Positions 37,478-47,667 are shown, counted from the stretch's first letter. The stretch is DNA of 64,000 bases from Endomicrobiales bacterium (GCA_016930715.1 JAFGGC010000003.1:31224-95223), one strand, 5' to 3'. Translations and numbers: made by a program. The notes: generated by a model from the letters alone, not told the origin.

Positions 37478-37505
37478 AAAAAAATTGGTGTCTGTCCCTA
37501 TTTTT
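37478..37505. repeat. Family D single copy directly after the glyQ stop
   Basis: AAAAAATTGGTGTCTGTCCCTATTTTT. Confidence 0.75.
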
Positions 37506-38342
37506 CTATTTTTCAAGGTAACTTTCGGCGCAGCCGCGGGCAAGCGCCCTCACGCGCCCGATATACGAAGTTCTTTCTGAAACCGAGATTGAGCCTCGTG
37601 CCTCGAGTAGATTAAAAAGGTGCGAACATTTCATCACGGCGTCATAGGCCGGAAGCACAAGCTTCTTCGACAGGAGGTTTTTTGCTTCAATTTCCCATTC
37701 GGAGAAATGTTTTTTTAGCATTTCCACGTTCGCTTCTTCGAAATTATATTTTGACCATTGTTTTTCGTCCTCAAGGTGCACGTCCCCGTAGGTGACGTCG
37801 TGGTTCCACTGCAGGTCGTACACGCTGTCTTTTTTCTGCGAATACATCGCCAGGCGCTCAAGGCCGTACGTCAGCTCCACGGACACGGGGTTGAGGTCGA
37901 TGCCGCCCACCTGCTGGAAGTAAGTGAACTGCGTTATCTCCATTCCGTCGAGCCATACCTCCCACCCGAGGCCCCACGCGCCGAGCGTCGGCGATTCCCA
38001 GTCGTCCTCCACGAACCTTATGTCGTGGCGTTTCGGGTCAAGACCTATCGCCTTGAGGCTGGCGAGATACGTCTTCTGGATGTCGGCGGGCGCGGGCTTC
38101 AATATGACCTGATACTGGTAATAATGCTGAAGCCTGTTCGGGTTGTCGCCGTAGCGCCCGTCCGACGGCCTGCGCGACGGCTCTACGTAAGCGACGTTCC
38201 ACGGCTCGGGCCCAAGGCACTTCAGGAAAGTCGCCGGATTGAATGTCCCGGCGCCTTTTTCAAGGTCGTACGGCTGCCATATCAGGCATCCGTGCCTGGC
38301 CCAAAATTTCTCGAGCGTCATTATTATTTCCTGAAAAGTCAT
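37506..38342 (-). CDS. glyQ: Glycine--tRNA ligase alpha subunit
   Basis: [19 protein letters not shown]...[12 protein letters not shown], highly conserved. Confidence 0.96.
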   Translation of the reverse strand: MTFQEIIMTLEKFWARHGCLIWQPYDLEKGAGTFNPATFLKCLGPEPWNVAYVEPSRRPSDGRYGDNPNRLQHYYQYQVILKPAPADIQKTYLASLKAIGLDPKRHDIRFVEDDWESPTLGAWGLGWEVWLDGMEITQFTYFQQVGGIDLNPVSVELTYGLERLAMYSQKKDSVYDLQWNHDVTYGDVHLEDEKQWSKYNFEEANVEMLKKHFSEWEIEAKNLLSKKLVLPAYDAVMKCSHLFNLLEARGSISVSERTSYIGRVRALARGCAESYLEK

Positions 38343-38345
38343 TTA

Positions 38346-39038
38346 TTACGCCCCTTCTGCCGCGCGATTCTCTTTCGTCATTTCCATTTTCTTGAAAAAC
38401 TCCCTCGCCGCCAGCGGCCTTGGGAGGTAAAGGCTGATGTATGAATCCAGATGCCTTCTTATCGCGTCCTCGGTCTCGCGGGAAATCTCGATATTTTCGT
38501 CGATATCCGCGCCTGAAAGGCTAGACAGCTTCCGTATCAGCTTCTCGTGCCCCGACGACACTATCTTCCTGGAGTTCTTCAGATAGTCCGAAAAACCGTA
38601 CCCGGAGAGTTTAAGGAAACGCAGAATGAAGGCAGTCGCTATCCTCTGAGGATTCCTGACCCCGCAGAGAAGCTCCCACGTCCTCTTGAGGAGCGAATAC
38701 TTGAGGTTGTTGGGAGAATCGAACGGCGTGAGCATCTCGCATACTTCGGCGCAGTACTGCGCGGTCCAGAAGCGCCTGCAGTCGGAACGCAGCGGCGGAA
38801 AACTTTCAAGTATGCGCGCCCCGGTCACTTTCGGCCGCGCGCCGGAAGCCTTGACGTACACCATGAACTCGGCCTCCATCACGGGCTCGGCCGCGGCGGA
38901 ATACTTCGCCTTTATCTTTTTGGCGCCTGGAACGCTCGCCGTGATCTTGCCCCATTCGCGCGTGTAAAGAACAAGCAGCTTGTCGGCTTCGGAACTGACA
39001 TTCGAGCGCAATACCAGGCCTTCCAGGTTATAATACAT
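38346..39038 (-). CDS. recO: DNA repair protein RecO
   Basis: OB-fold N-terminus (EGLVLRSNVSSEADKLLVLYTREWGK) and the recO-glyQ-glyS synteny. Confidence 0.8.
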   Translation of the reverse strand: MYYNLEGLVLRSNVSSEADKLLVLYTREWGKITASVPGAKKIKAKYSAAAEPVMEAEFMVYVKASGARPKVTGARILESFPPLRSDCRRFWTAQYCAEVCEMLTPFDSPNNLKYSLLKRTWELLCGVRNPQRIATAFILRFLKLSGYGFSDYLKNSRKIVSSGHEKLIRKLSSLSGADIDENIEISRETEDAIRRHLDSYISLYLPRPLAAREFFKKMEMTKENRAAEGA

Positions 39039-39041
39039 TTT

Positions 39042-40310
39042 TCATATTTTTCTGATCTTGACCCTGATTATTTTCTTCTTGTCGGCGTCGTCGACCGTGA
39101 GCTCGAGGCTTCCCCAGCGCAGGGCCTCGCCTGTCCTGGGTATCTTTCCGAAAAGGTCCAGCGCCCATCCGTTTACCGTGTCAAAATCGTTTTCCGGAAG
39201 GTTCAGCCCCAGCTCCTCGTTCACGTTCTTCAGCGATTCGCCGCCCTTCACGAGGTACCCGCCTTCCGGCAGGGGAACGACGGCTTTTTCCTGTATGTCG
39301 TATTCGTCCCATATCTCGCCGACTATCTCCTCGACAAGGTCCTCTATCGTCGCCAGGCCCGTCGTTGAGCCAAACTCGTCCACCACTATCGCCATGTGCT
39401 GGTGGCCCGTCTTGAACTCCCTCAAAACCTTGTCGATCCTCGCCGAGGCGGGAACAAAATAGGCGGGGCGGATTAAATCATCTATCACGAAAAGCGAGCC
39501 GCCGCGCCATGCAAGAGCCAGGTCTTTACTATAGACAATTCCGACGATGTTGTCAAGATTTCCGCGGTACACCGGGACCCTGGAATACTCCTTTTCTATT
39601 ATCTGGTCCACCACCGCCTGCGGGTCCTGGTCCAGGTTAACGGCCTGTATCTTGTCCAGCGGTATCATTACCTGGGATATCCTGGTCTTGCCGAAATCCA
39701 GTATCTTTTTCATCATTTTTCTGGCCGGCGTGGACAGAGGCAGAGTTTCGTCGTAAGTGAGGAGGATTTTCAGCTCGTCCGGCTGGAGGAAGGGCTTTTC
39801 CTTCTTCGCGTTGAGCCCGAAAACGCCTATCACGCCTTCCGATATGGAAAGCAGGAAGCGGTTCAGCCCGGCCGAGGCCCTGGCGAACCACACGAGCAGC
39901 GGCAGACCGGACAGCGACACGCTTTCCGAGCGGTAACGGCTGTATACCTTCGGTATGACGTCGCCGAAAACGAGCGTTATTGCTATCGACGAGACCGAGG
40001 CCGCGAAAAGCACGGCGCCTTCGGCGAGGTCCGCGTAGTGGACGATGTCAACGGCTATCGAGGCCGCTATGACGCCGTTGGCAACGAGGCAGAGGTTCGT
40101 ACCGACGAGTATCGTGGCGAGTATGTCGTTGGGCTTTTCCTCCCAGAACTCTATGCAGGCCGCTATGCCGGGGTTGCTCTTCTTCATCCTCGTCATGCTT
40201 ATCGTCGGCAGGCTGGTCAGGGCCGTCTCGATGCCCGCGAAATATCCGAGGGCCGTCAGCGAGACCAAAAACATCGCCGCCTTAACGAGCACTATCGTTA
40301 TTATCGTCAT
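39042..40310 (-). CDS. CNNM/CorC-family protein (DUF21 TM domain + CBS pair + CorC_HlyC)
   Basis: Four N-terminal TM helices, CBS-pair region, C-terminal transporter-associated domain (GWALDLFGKIPRTGE). Confidence 0.85.
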   Translation of the reverse strand: MTIITIVLVKAAMFLVSLTALGYFAGIETALTSLPTISMTRMKKSNPGIAACIEFWEEKPNDILATILVGTNLCLVANGVIAASIAVDIVHYADLAEGAVLFAASVSSIAITLVFGDVIPKVYSRYRSESVSLSGLPLLVWFARASAGLNRFLLSISEGVIGVFGLNAKKEKPFLQPDELKILLTYDETLPLSTPARKMMKKILDFGKTRISQVMIPLDKIQAVNLDQDPQAVVDQIIEKEYSRVPVYRGNLDNIVGIVYSKDLALAWRGGSLFVIDDLIRPAYFVPASARIDKVLREFKTGHQHMAIVVDEFGSTTGLATIEDLVEEIVGEIWDEYDIQEKAVVPLPEGGYLVKGGESLKNVNEELGLNLPENDFDTVNGWALDLFGKIPRTGEALRWGSLELTVDDADKKKIIRVKIRKI

Positions 40311-41337
40311 CGTCCTCTCTCTTCAGGTCGTATTCGTCAAGTATCTCGCCGACTATCTCCTCGAGCACGTCTTCCAGCGTCACAAGCCCCAGGACGTTTC
40401 CTATCGCGTCGGCGACGAAGGCTATGTGCGTCCTGCCGGACTGGAACTCCCTTATTATCTCCGAGACCTTTTTCTCCGGAGGCACGAAGTACGGCGGACG
40501 TATTACCTCCCTGGAGAAGCACTCGTTGTTCTTTTTCCAGCACCACAAAATGTCCTTCGTGTGCACGAAACCGGCTATCTTGTTAAGGCTGGAGTTGTAA
40601 ACGGGGACCCTGCTCCTGCCGGTCTCGACCACCATGTCGAGGAATTTTTCCTCGTCCTGGTACAGGTTCACCGCCTCGATATCGCTTATCGGCGTCATTA
40701 TCTGGCTCACTTTGAGCTCGCCGAGCTTCAACACCCGCTCGAGCATCGTGCTCGTGTCCTTGGCCAGCATCCCGCTGTCGTTGGCCTCGGATATCAGCCC
40801 GTGTATCTCTTCGAGGCTGATGTAGGTCAGCCTTCCGACCGGAACGAGGCTCAGCTTCGGGAAGAGCAGTTTTATCGGCGCGGTGAACGGCCATATGATT
40901 ATCTTCGAGAGCTTCATCACGGCGGTCAGAAAGGGAAGCAGCGTTATCGTCACCTTTTCCGGGTTCATCCGGCTGAAAACCTTGGGCGTTATTTCACCGA
41001 AAATCAGCAGGACAAAAGTAACTAAAAGCCAGGTGAAGAACTCGACCACTCCCCTCGGCACTATGTGGAACACCGAAACGGACACCTGCAGCACGATGTA
41101 TGTCGAAAGGCCCGACAGTATGAGGTCGTTGGTAGTGTTGCCGATGAGAATCGTCGAGAGGAGGTAATACGGGGCTTTCAGCCACTGCCCGAGAAGCGCC
41201 GACAGCGGCTTGTTTATGGCGATGAGCTTTTTTATCCTGTATTTCGAAAGGCTGGACAGCGCCGTTTCCGCGCCAGACCAGACGGCCGACATAACGAAAA
41301 GCACGGTCAATACGATGAAACCCAGAAATAGAAGCAT
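40282..41337 (-). CDS. CNNM/CorC-family protein paralog (DUF21 + CBS pair, no CorC_HlyC tail visible)
   Basis: Same DUF21 + CBS architecture. Overlaps the downstream paralog by 29 nt. Confidence 0.8.
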   Translation of the reverse strand: MLLFLGFIVLTVLFVMSAVWSGAETALSSLSKYRIKKLIAINKPLSALLGQWLKAPYYLLSTILIGNTTNDLILSGLSTYIVLQVSVSVFHIVPRGVVEFFTWLLVTFVLLIFGEITPKVFSRMNPEKVTITLLPFLTAVMKLSKIIIWPFTAPIKLLFPKLSLVPVGRLTYISLEEIHGLISEANDSGMLAKDTSTMLERVLKLGELKVSQIMTPISDIEAVNLYQDEEKFLDMVVETGRSRVPVYNSSLNKIAGFVHTKDILWCWKKNNECFSREVIRPPYFVPPEKKVSEIIREFQSGRTHIAFVADAIGNVLGLVTLEDVLEEIVGEILDEYDLKREDDDDNNDSAR

Positions 41338-41338
41338 T

Positions 41339-41815
41339 TTATGTCAATCCGAATTGTTTTTTCCAGACGGCGTCTTGTTTTTTGAACATCTCCCTGCGCC
41401 TGCCTGCCGAATAGTCCGAGTAACCGAATAAGTGGAAAACGCCGTGTATGGCGAGGTACGCCAGCTCCCTCTCCCACGAGTGGCCCGCCTCCTTCGCCTG
41501 GCGCTTCGAGCGGCCTTCCGCGATAAAGACGTCGCCGCAGAGCGGATCGTCGTTCACCTTGAACGATATTACGTCCGTGACCCTGTTCGTTTTTCTGAAC
41601 CTGCGGTTGATGCTCTTTATGAGGCGGTCGTTCAAAAGGATGAACGCTATCTCGGAAGGCTTTCCGATCCTCTCGGAATCAAAACTCAAGGCCACTGCTC
41701 TTGATATGGTCCTTTTGAACCTCTTGGGGACAAAAAAGAAATTAACCCTTGTCCCGCGCGGGCGGGGCTCAATCCTTCTGTTCCTTTTCGGTTTTCTGGT
41801 ATTCGATCCTTGCAT
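41339..41815 (-). CDS. ybeY: rRNA maturation endoribonuclease YbeY
   Basis: HGVFHLFGYSD zinc motif. The true start is probably downstream of 41815, because the long ORF overlaps the upstream gene by 47 nt. Confidence 0.85.
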   Translation of the reverse strand: MQGSNTRKPKRNRRIEPRPRGTRVNFFFVPKRFKRTISRAVALSFDSERIGKPSEIAFILLNDRLIKSINRRFRKTNRVTDVISFKVNDDPLCGDVFIAEGRSKRQAKEAGHSWERELAYLAIHGVFHLFGYSDYSAGRRREMFKKQDAVWKKQFGLT

Positions 41816-43247
41816 GGTGGATTCCGCTCAAAGTTGAGACCAGGCTCTCCGCTATGGAGTTGAGGTCGTGAAGCGTTATGGGACAGTCGGAAAACTGCCC
41901 GTCCGTGAACTTGTTGTTTATCACTTTTTCCACCAGGTCCCTGAGGCGCCCCGGGGACGGGTCATCGAGCGAGCGGCTTGCCGCCTCCACGGCGTCGGCA
42001 AGCATCAGTATGGCCGTTTCCTTGGTACGCGGCTTGGGGCCCGGGTACCTGAAATTTTCCGAAGGTATTTCCTTGTTCTCCTCCAGAGCCCTGTGGTAGA
42101 AATAATGTATGAGCGAGGTCCCGTGGTGCTGCTCTATGCAGTCCTGTATGACCCTGTCGATCCCGTGCTTCTGCGCCAGCGCTATGCCCTCCTTGATGTG
42201 CGATATTATGACAAGCGACGACATCGACGGCGAAAGCGGGTCGTGCGGGTTGGCGTTGGGCTGCTGGTTCTCGATGAAATAGTCGGGGTTCTTGAGCTTT
42301 CCTATGTCGTGGTAGTACGCGCCCACCCTGGCGAGCAGGGAGTTGGCTCCTATCGACTCGGCGGCCTGTTCCGCCAGCGATGCCATTATAAGAGAGTGGT
42401 GGTAAGTGCCCGGGGACTCTATCATAAGGCGCTTGAGGAGCACCTGGTTGAAATCCGCCAGCTCAAGAAGCTTGAGGTTCGTGGTCTTCGAGAAAAAGCT
42501 TTCGAGGAAAGGCAGGGTGCCCAGGACTATAAGCACCGAAAAAATCCCGCTCAGCGCCGCCCAGACGGCCATCGCGCCGAGCGTGTCCACCGGCCACATC
42601 CTGAAAAAATGCAGGACAAGCACCGCGGCAAGCGTCACCACGACGAGCCTTGCGGCAAGCGGCGTGAAATCCGAGCGGGTCCTGACCTTGTCCACCATTA
42701 TTATCCCGGAAACCGCGCTCACGAACTGGATGAAGAAAAGCTCAAGGCTCAGGCCGTTGAGCACGCCGAGGACAAGGCTCAGGATTATCGCCGTGACCAG
42801 GGCGAGCCTTCTCGAGAGCAGTAGCGCCGTCAGCATCGAAAAAGCCGCGACGGGCGTGGCCGACGGCGCAAGCAGCTTCTTGAAAAGCTGCATGGTCAGC
42901 ACCGCTCCGACGAAGATGAGCCCGAGAAGCATTATGGACTCGTCGTCCTCCGAGAAGTCCTCGCTTTCCGCCCTGACGTACACCGCCAGGAAAACATAGG
43001 TCAAGCCCAGGAAAAGCACGAGGCCCGCGATTTTGAGCCACGAAAGGCCTACCTCGAAAAGGAGAACGACAAAAAACGCGAGGATGCTCAGGCCCGAAAC
43101 GACAGGGGCCGGAATGTATATCTCCCTCTGCCATATCCTCTGGCCCCCGCCGCGCGTCACGGCGGAATCCTTCTGCTTCTTCTCGGTGGACTTGAGAAGA
43201 AAAAGCAGAAGCTTCCTTAAGGGTTTCCTCCAATACTGGTCCAGCAT
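41769..43247 (-). CDS. 7TM-receptor/HD-domain membrane phosphohydrolase (PgpH/YqfF-like)
   Basis: Seven-TM core followed by the HD domain motifs HHSLIMASLAE...AYYHDIGK...HHG. phoH-pgpH-ybeY synteny. Confidence 0.85.
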   Translation of the reverse strand: MLDQYWRKPLRKLLLFLLKSTEKKQKDSAVTRGGGQRIWQREIYIPAPVVSGLSILAFFVVLLFEVGLSWLKIAGLVLFLGLTYVFLAVYVRAESEDFSEDDESIMLLGLIFVGAVLTMQLFKKLLAPSATPVAAFSMLTALLLSRRLALVTAIILSLVLGVLNGLSLELFFIQFVSAVSGIIMVDKVRTRSDFTPLAARLVVVTLAAVLVLHFFRMWPVDTLGAMAVWAALSGIFSVLIVLGTLPFLESFFSKTTNLKLLELADFNQVLLKRLMIESPGTYHHSLIMASLAEQAAESIGANSLLARVGAYYHDIGKLKNPDYFIENQQPNANPHDPLSPSMSSLVIISHIKEGIALAQKHGIDRVIQDCIEQHHGTSLIHYFYHRALEENKEIPSENFRYPGPKPRTKETAILMLADAVEAASRSLDDPSPGRLRDLVEKVINNKFTDGQFSDCPITLHDLNSIAESLVSTLSGIHHARIEYQKTEKEQKD

Positions 43248-43259
43248 GTTCCCTTCCTG

Positions 43260-44204
43260 TCAGCGTTTCTGGTCCGTATCCCAGTTCTCGTATGCGGTAA
43301 TTATCTTTTTCACGAGCCCGTGCCGCACGACATCGCTCTGGTCGAACGTCATCGTCTTTATGCCTTCGACGTCGGCGATGATCTTGCGGACGGCCACAAG
43401 CCCGGACTCCTGCCTTTTCTCGAGGTCTATCTGAGTTATGTCGCCCGTCACCACCATCTGGCTGTCGGTGCCCAGGCGCGTCAGGAACATCTTCATCTGT
43501 TCGTGCGTCGTGTTCTGCGCCTCGTCAAGAATGATGAACGCGTCGTCTATCGTCCTGCCGCGCATGTAGGCGAGAGGGACTATCTCCACGGTCTCTTCTT
43601 CCCTCAAGAAACGGAACCTTTCGGGGCCCACCGTCGCGTAAAAAGCGTCGTAGAGGGGCTTGAGGTACGGGTTGATCTTTTCGTATAGGTCTCCCGGAAG
43701 AAATCCCAGCTTTTCGCCGGCCTCGACTACCGGCCTTGTAAGGACTATCCGGCTTACCCTGCCGGACCCGAGCGCTTCGAGCGCGCAGGCGACGGAAAGA
43801 AAGGTCTTGCCTGTCCCCGCGGGGCCTATGGCGAACACGAGGTCGTACTTTTTTATGTACTCGACGTATTTTCTCTGGTGGTCGGAACGCGGCTTTACGT
43901 GCTTGCCCTGGAAATTGATGTATATCGTGTCGGGTTCCGCGGCAGCCGCTCTCTGCGAAGGCGCGTTTCGTTTTATGTCTGCGGAAAAACCGTTTTCTCT
44001 TATTGCCTCTAGCTCGGAAACGACCTTTTCGACTTTTCCTGAGGCCCCTCTCACGACAACGGAAAAATCGCCCATGCCCTGGCCCTGGCGCACGAAAATC
44101 TGCACGCCGTGGACCTTCTCAAGGCGCCTGAGGTTTTCGTCCTGCTGGCCCATCAGCATCAGCGCTTCGTCGGAATTTTTCAGGAATAGTTTTTTAGTTA
44201 CCAT
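43260..44204 (-). CDS. phoH: PhoH-family ATPase
   Basis: AIGPAGTGKTFLS Walker A and ILDEAQN Walker B. Confidence 0.92.
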   Translation of the reverse strand: MVTKKLFLKNSDEALMLMGQQDENLRRLEKVHGVQIFVRQGQGMGDFSVVVRGASGKVEKVVSELEAIRENGFSADIKRNAPSQRAAAAEPDTIYINFQGKHVKPRSDHQRKYVEYIKKYDLVFAIGPAGTGKTFLSVACALEALGSGRVSRIVLTRPVVEAGEKLGFLPGDLYEKINPYLKPLYDAFYATVGPERFRFLREEETVEIVPLAYMRGRTIDDAFIILDEAQNTTHEQMKMFLTRLGTDSQMVVTGDITQIDLEKRQESGLVAVRKIIADVEGIKTMTFDQSDVVRHGLVKKIITAYENWDTDQKR

Positions 44205-44223
44205 GCTTATGCAAGTTGAAAAA

Positions 44224-44304
44224 CAAGGTGCAGGGTAAATGGTAAATGTTTAAATCCTTGGACTCCAGAGTCTTAAACCTTCACCTTTTACCATTCAGCA
44301 TTTA
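44224..44304. repeat. Family B element
   Basis: CAAGGTGCAGGGTAAATGGTAAATGTTTAA...TTAAACCTTCACCTTTTACCATTCAGCATTTAC. Lies between the LysM-gene stop and the phoH start. Confidence 0.8.
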
Positions 44305-44310
44305 CTTGGT

Positions 44311-44817
44311 TTATTGTTCCGATTCTTCTAAAGGTGGAATTATTAAAACCTGTTTGGGATAGATTTTCTTGGGGTCAAGTATCTGATATTTGTTGGCAAG
44401 GTATATTTTTTTCCACAGCCACGGGTCGCCGTAATATTTCTTCGAAAGGTTCCAGAGGCAGTCCCTGGTCTCCTGCCACAGCCAGACCCTGTGGATCTTG
44501 TGCTGCTGCTCGGGAGCCGCGGTGACCTCCTGCGGGAACGGGACTTCGCCGGCCTCTCCGGTTTCCGCCGGCATCATTTCGGCGTCCTCCATCGGAACGA
44601 TGTCCGAGTTTTCTGACGGGAGCATATCGGCGTTTTCTTCAGGGAAGCTTTCCTGTTCCTGGACTGTTTCATCGGTGATTCCGGGAAGTGGCTGGGCGTG
44701 CAGAAAATCCGCGAGGCAGGCGGCTGCAACAATCATAGCACCCGCTGCTAAACAATAAGAGATCTTCTTAGCTCTTATGGCATTCGATTCCATATGTTGG
44801 CTAACCATATTTAACAA
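44311..44817 (-). CDS. LysM-domain secreted or anchored protein
   Basis: N-terminal hydrophobic segment, acidic linker, and a C-terminal LysM-like segment (CLWNLSKKYYGDPWLWKKIYLANKYQILDPKKIYPKQVLIIP). Confidence 0.7.
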   Translation of the reverse strand: MLNMVSQHMESNAIRAKKISYCLAAGAMIVAAACLADFLHAQPLPGITDETVQEQESFPEENADMLPSENSDIVPMEDAEMMPAETGEAGEVPFPQEVTAAPEQQHKIHRVWLWQETRDCLWNLSKKYYGDPWLWKKIYLANKYQILDPKKIYPKQVLIIPPLEESEQ

Positions 44818-44863
44818 AAAAACAAAAAGAAATTCAAGGTATTTTAAAAAAAGGCCGGGGGCG

Positions 44864-46642
44864 CTACTGGGGTTTGGGAAGGTTGAGCTTGATACCGAGT
44901 TCCTTTATCTGCTTCTCGCCCACCCTGCCGGGCGCTCCTGACATCAGGCAGGCGGCCTTTTGCGTTTTGGGAAACGCTATCACTTCCCTTATGGATTCCT
45001 CGCCAAGGAGTATGGCGCACAGCCTGTCGAAACCGAGGGCTATGCCCGCGTGCGGCGGGGCGCCGTAGGAAAGCGCGTCAAGGAGAAAACCGAATTTTTC
45101 CTTCGCCTCTTCTTCCTTGACGTTCAAAAGGCCGAACATCTTTTTCTGCACGTCCCGCCCGTGTATCCTCACCGACCCGCCGCCGAGCTCCACGCCGTTT
45201 AGCACTATGTCGTAGGCGCGGGCGCGCATTCGGGCGCAGTCCTCTTTCAGGCCGGAATCAAGCAGGGGAAGGTCCTCTTCCTTCGGAGAGGTGAAGGGAT
45301 GGTGCATCGCGTTCCAGCGTTTTTCCTCCCTGTCCCATTCAAGGAGAGGAAAATCCACGACCCAGACGAAATCGAACCTCTTTTCGTCTATGAGCTTGAG
45401 CTCCCGGCCGAGCTTGAGCCGCAGGGCGCAAAGCCCCTGTGCCACGACCGAAACATCGTCGGCAAGGAATACCAGCAGGTCGCCGCTCCTGGCGCCGGTT
45501 TTCCTGCCAATCGTTTCGAGCTCGCCTTTAGAGAAGAACTTGACGATGTTCGATTCCGGGCCGGCGTCGGTCATCTTCATCCACGCGAGGCCCTTGGCGC
45601 CGTAATCGCCGACGAACTTCGTGAGCCCGTCTATCTCGGAGCGCGAAAAAGCCGCCCCTTTAGGCACGCACAGGCCCCTGACCACTCCGCCCTTGTCGAC
45701 GGCGTCCTTGAAAACCTTGAAACCGCAGGATTTTAGCTCTTGCGAAAAATCCGTTATCTCCATCCCGAAGCGCGTGTCGGGCTTGTCGGAGCCGTATTTC
45801 AGCATTGCTTCGTCGTAGGGCATCCTCCTGAAGGGCGTCTTCACGCCGGCGCCGAGCGCTTCCTTGAACACGGCGGAAAGCGCGCCCTCTATGACGCCTA
45901 TCACGTCGTTTTCGTCCACGAAAGACATCTCGAGGTCCACCTGAGTGAATTCGGGCTGGCGGTCTGCGCGCAGGTCCTCGTCGCGGAAGCATTTCACCAC
46001 CTGGAAATACCTGTCGAACCCGGAAACCATAAGTATCTGCTTGAAAAGCTGGGGAGACTGCGGAAGGGCGTAAAAATTCCCGTTGCTAAGCCGCGACGGC
46101 ACGAGGAAATCCCTGGCGCCTTCGGGGGTGGACTTGGTCAGGAAGGGCGTTTCTATCTCGAGGAATCCCTCCTTGCACAGGTAGTTCCTCACCGCCTGGA
46201 GTACCCTGTGCCTGAACACGAAATTCTTCTGTATTTTCGGACGGCGGAGGTCGAGGAAGCGGTACTTGAGGCGCATCTCCTCCGACGTGTCTATGAAATC
46301 GGATATCTCGAAAGGAAGGCCGGGCGCCGGGTTTATTATTACGAGCTCGTCGGCGACGACCTCGACTTCTCCGGTAGGCATGTTCGGGTTCTCGGTGCCG
46401 GCGGGGCGCCTTCTCACCGACCCGGACACTTTCAGAACGAACTCGCTGCGCAGTTTTTCGGCCGCCGAGAACATCTCCTTCTTCTCCGGCTGGAATACTA
46501 TCTGCGCGAGCCCTTCGCGGTCCCGCAGGTCTATGAATATCACGCCGCCGTGGTCGCGGCGGGAGTGCACCCACCCGCAGAGCACGGCTTTTTTTCCTGT
46601 GTCGGAGGCCCTTAATGCCCCGCAGTAATGAGTCCTCTGCAC
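44864..46642 (-). CDS. aspS: Aspartate--tRNA ligase
   Basis: 592 aa. GWVHSRRDHGGVIFIDLRD N-terminal OB domain and class II motifs (FRDEDLRADRQPEFTQ, GGGSVRIH). GTG start. Confidence 0.96.
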   Translation of the reverse strand: MQRTHYCGALRASDTGKKAVLCGWVHSRRDHGGVIFIDLRDREGLAQIVFQPEKKEMFSAAEKLRSEFVLKVSGSVRRRPAGTENPNMPTGEVEVVADELVIINPAPGLPFEISDFIDTSEEMRLKYRFLDLRRPKIQKNFVFRHRVLQAVRNYLCKEGFLEIETPFLTKSTPEGARDFLVPSRLSNGNFYALPQSPQLFKQILMVSGFDRYFQVVKCFRDEDLRADRQPEFTQVDLEMSFVDENDVIGVIEGALSAVFKEALGAGVKTPFRRMPYDEAMLKYGSDKPDTRFGMEITDFSQELKSCGFKVFKDAVDKGGVVRGLCVPKGAAFSRSEIDGLTKFVGDYGAKGLAWMKMTDAGPESNIVKFFSKGELETIGRKTGARSGDLLVFLADDVSVVAQGLCALRLKLGRELKLIDEKRFDFVWVVDFPLLEWDREEKRWNAMHHPFTSPKEEDLPLLDSGLKEDCARMRARAYDIVLNGVELGGGSVRIHGRDVQKKMFGLLNVKEEEAKEKFGFLLDALSYGAPPHAGIALGFDRLCAILLGEESIREVIAFPKTQKAACLMSGAPGRVGEKQIKELGIKLNLPKPQ

Positions 46643-46915
46643 CTGATTCTCCTTAGGTTTGCTTCAACTCGCAACCCGCAACTCGAAACTCGCAACTGTT
46701 GTTGAGGGATTTTACCAAAAACCGGGGATGTAGTCAAACCCCGTTAGAGACACATAAACGGAAGACTAACATGAACAGTACGAAAAAGAGAGCTGACATA
46801 AAGAATATAAATAAAAACCCAAGGAATTCCGTCCCCTTTGTTTGCTTTGTGCAAACAAAGCAGGGGGGACTATCTCTAACGGGGCAAGTTTTCCGCGCGC
46901 GAAACCCGGGCCCCT

Positions 46916-47572
46916 TCATCTCTTCCTGACGTAAATGTGCCCCGCGACTTCGGAGTCCAGCGCTATCTGGGTCTCGCCGGCCTTGATAATGTAGGAGGGC
47001 GACTTTTGATGGAGGGTTATATCGGTCCCGGGCACCAGGCCCAGGGAAAGAAGCTTGTGAAGATGGGGATGATCGGCTGTTATGATGTAGGATACGGCCG
47101 TTCTGTCGCCGACGGACATCTTGGTTAGAGGGACCACGATGGACTCTATCCTGGCTTCGGCTTCCCTGCAGCACTTGCCCTCGGGTATGCGCGAGCCGTG
47201 GGGGCAGGCTTTCGGGTGCCCGAGAAGCGTGCATATGGAATCGGCGACGTCGGAGGATATTATGTGCTCTATCTCGCACGCCGTCTTGTCCACGTCTTCG
47301 CCTTTTACTTCTATGACGTCGGCGAGCAGGCGTTCGGCAAGCCTGTGCCGGCGCGTCACGTCGCGCCCCAGCTCTTCCCCTTCTTTTGTGAGTTTAATGT
47401 CGTCCCCTTCCACGTGTATCAGCCCGTGCACGGCGAGGTCTTCTGTCACCCTGTCGGATATCCCGTGCGAGAGTATCTCGTGGAGCTTGCCTCCGTCCTT
47501 CTGCTTTCTGTCGAGAAAATTCCACACCACCCCGAGCGCCTCTTCGATGTCGTGCCATTTTTTGGATTTCAT
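46916..47572 (-). CDS. DtxR/IdeR-family metal-dependent regulator with a C-terminal FeoA/SH3-like domain
   Basis: RRHRLAERLLADV, CPHGSRIP, and a C-terminal FeoA-like beta domain. Directly downstream of feoB. Confidence 0.8.
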   Translation of the reverse strand: MKSKKWHDIEEALGVVWNFLDRKQKDGGKLHEILSHGISDRVTEDLAVHGLIHVEGDDIKLTKEGEELGRDVTRRHRLAERLLADVIEVKGEDVDKTACEIEHIISSDVADSICTLLGHPKACPHGSRIPEGKCCREAEARIESIVVPLTKMSVGDRTAVSYIITADHPHLHKLLSLGLVPGTDITLHQKSPSYIIKAGETQIALDSEVAGHIYVRKR

Positions 47573-47590
47573 GTTCCCTCCGGGAACAAT

Positions 47591-47667
47591 GATTACACAG
47601 ATTCCAACTTAGATTACACAGATTAGGTCTTTCATCCGCGTAATCGGTTTACGTAATCTGTGTAATC
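47591..47667. repeat. Family A element
   Basis: GATTACACAGAT twice, then CGCGTAATC and GTAATCTGTGTAATC. Lies between the feoB stop and the dtxR-like start. Confidence 0.85.

Noticed and set aside
37352-37505. T-box leader between glyQ and glyS
   Set aside because: The spacer is too short (154 nt). It has no specifier-loop/T-box consensus (no ...GGUGGUACCGCG-like box) and is composed of the generic repeat families.
46916-47572. DtxR-FeoA fusion as a novel architecture
   Set aside because: The C-terminal SH3-like/FeoA-type domain is a normal third domain of full-length DtxR/IdeR-family regulators, so this is not unusual.
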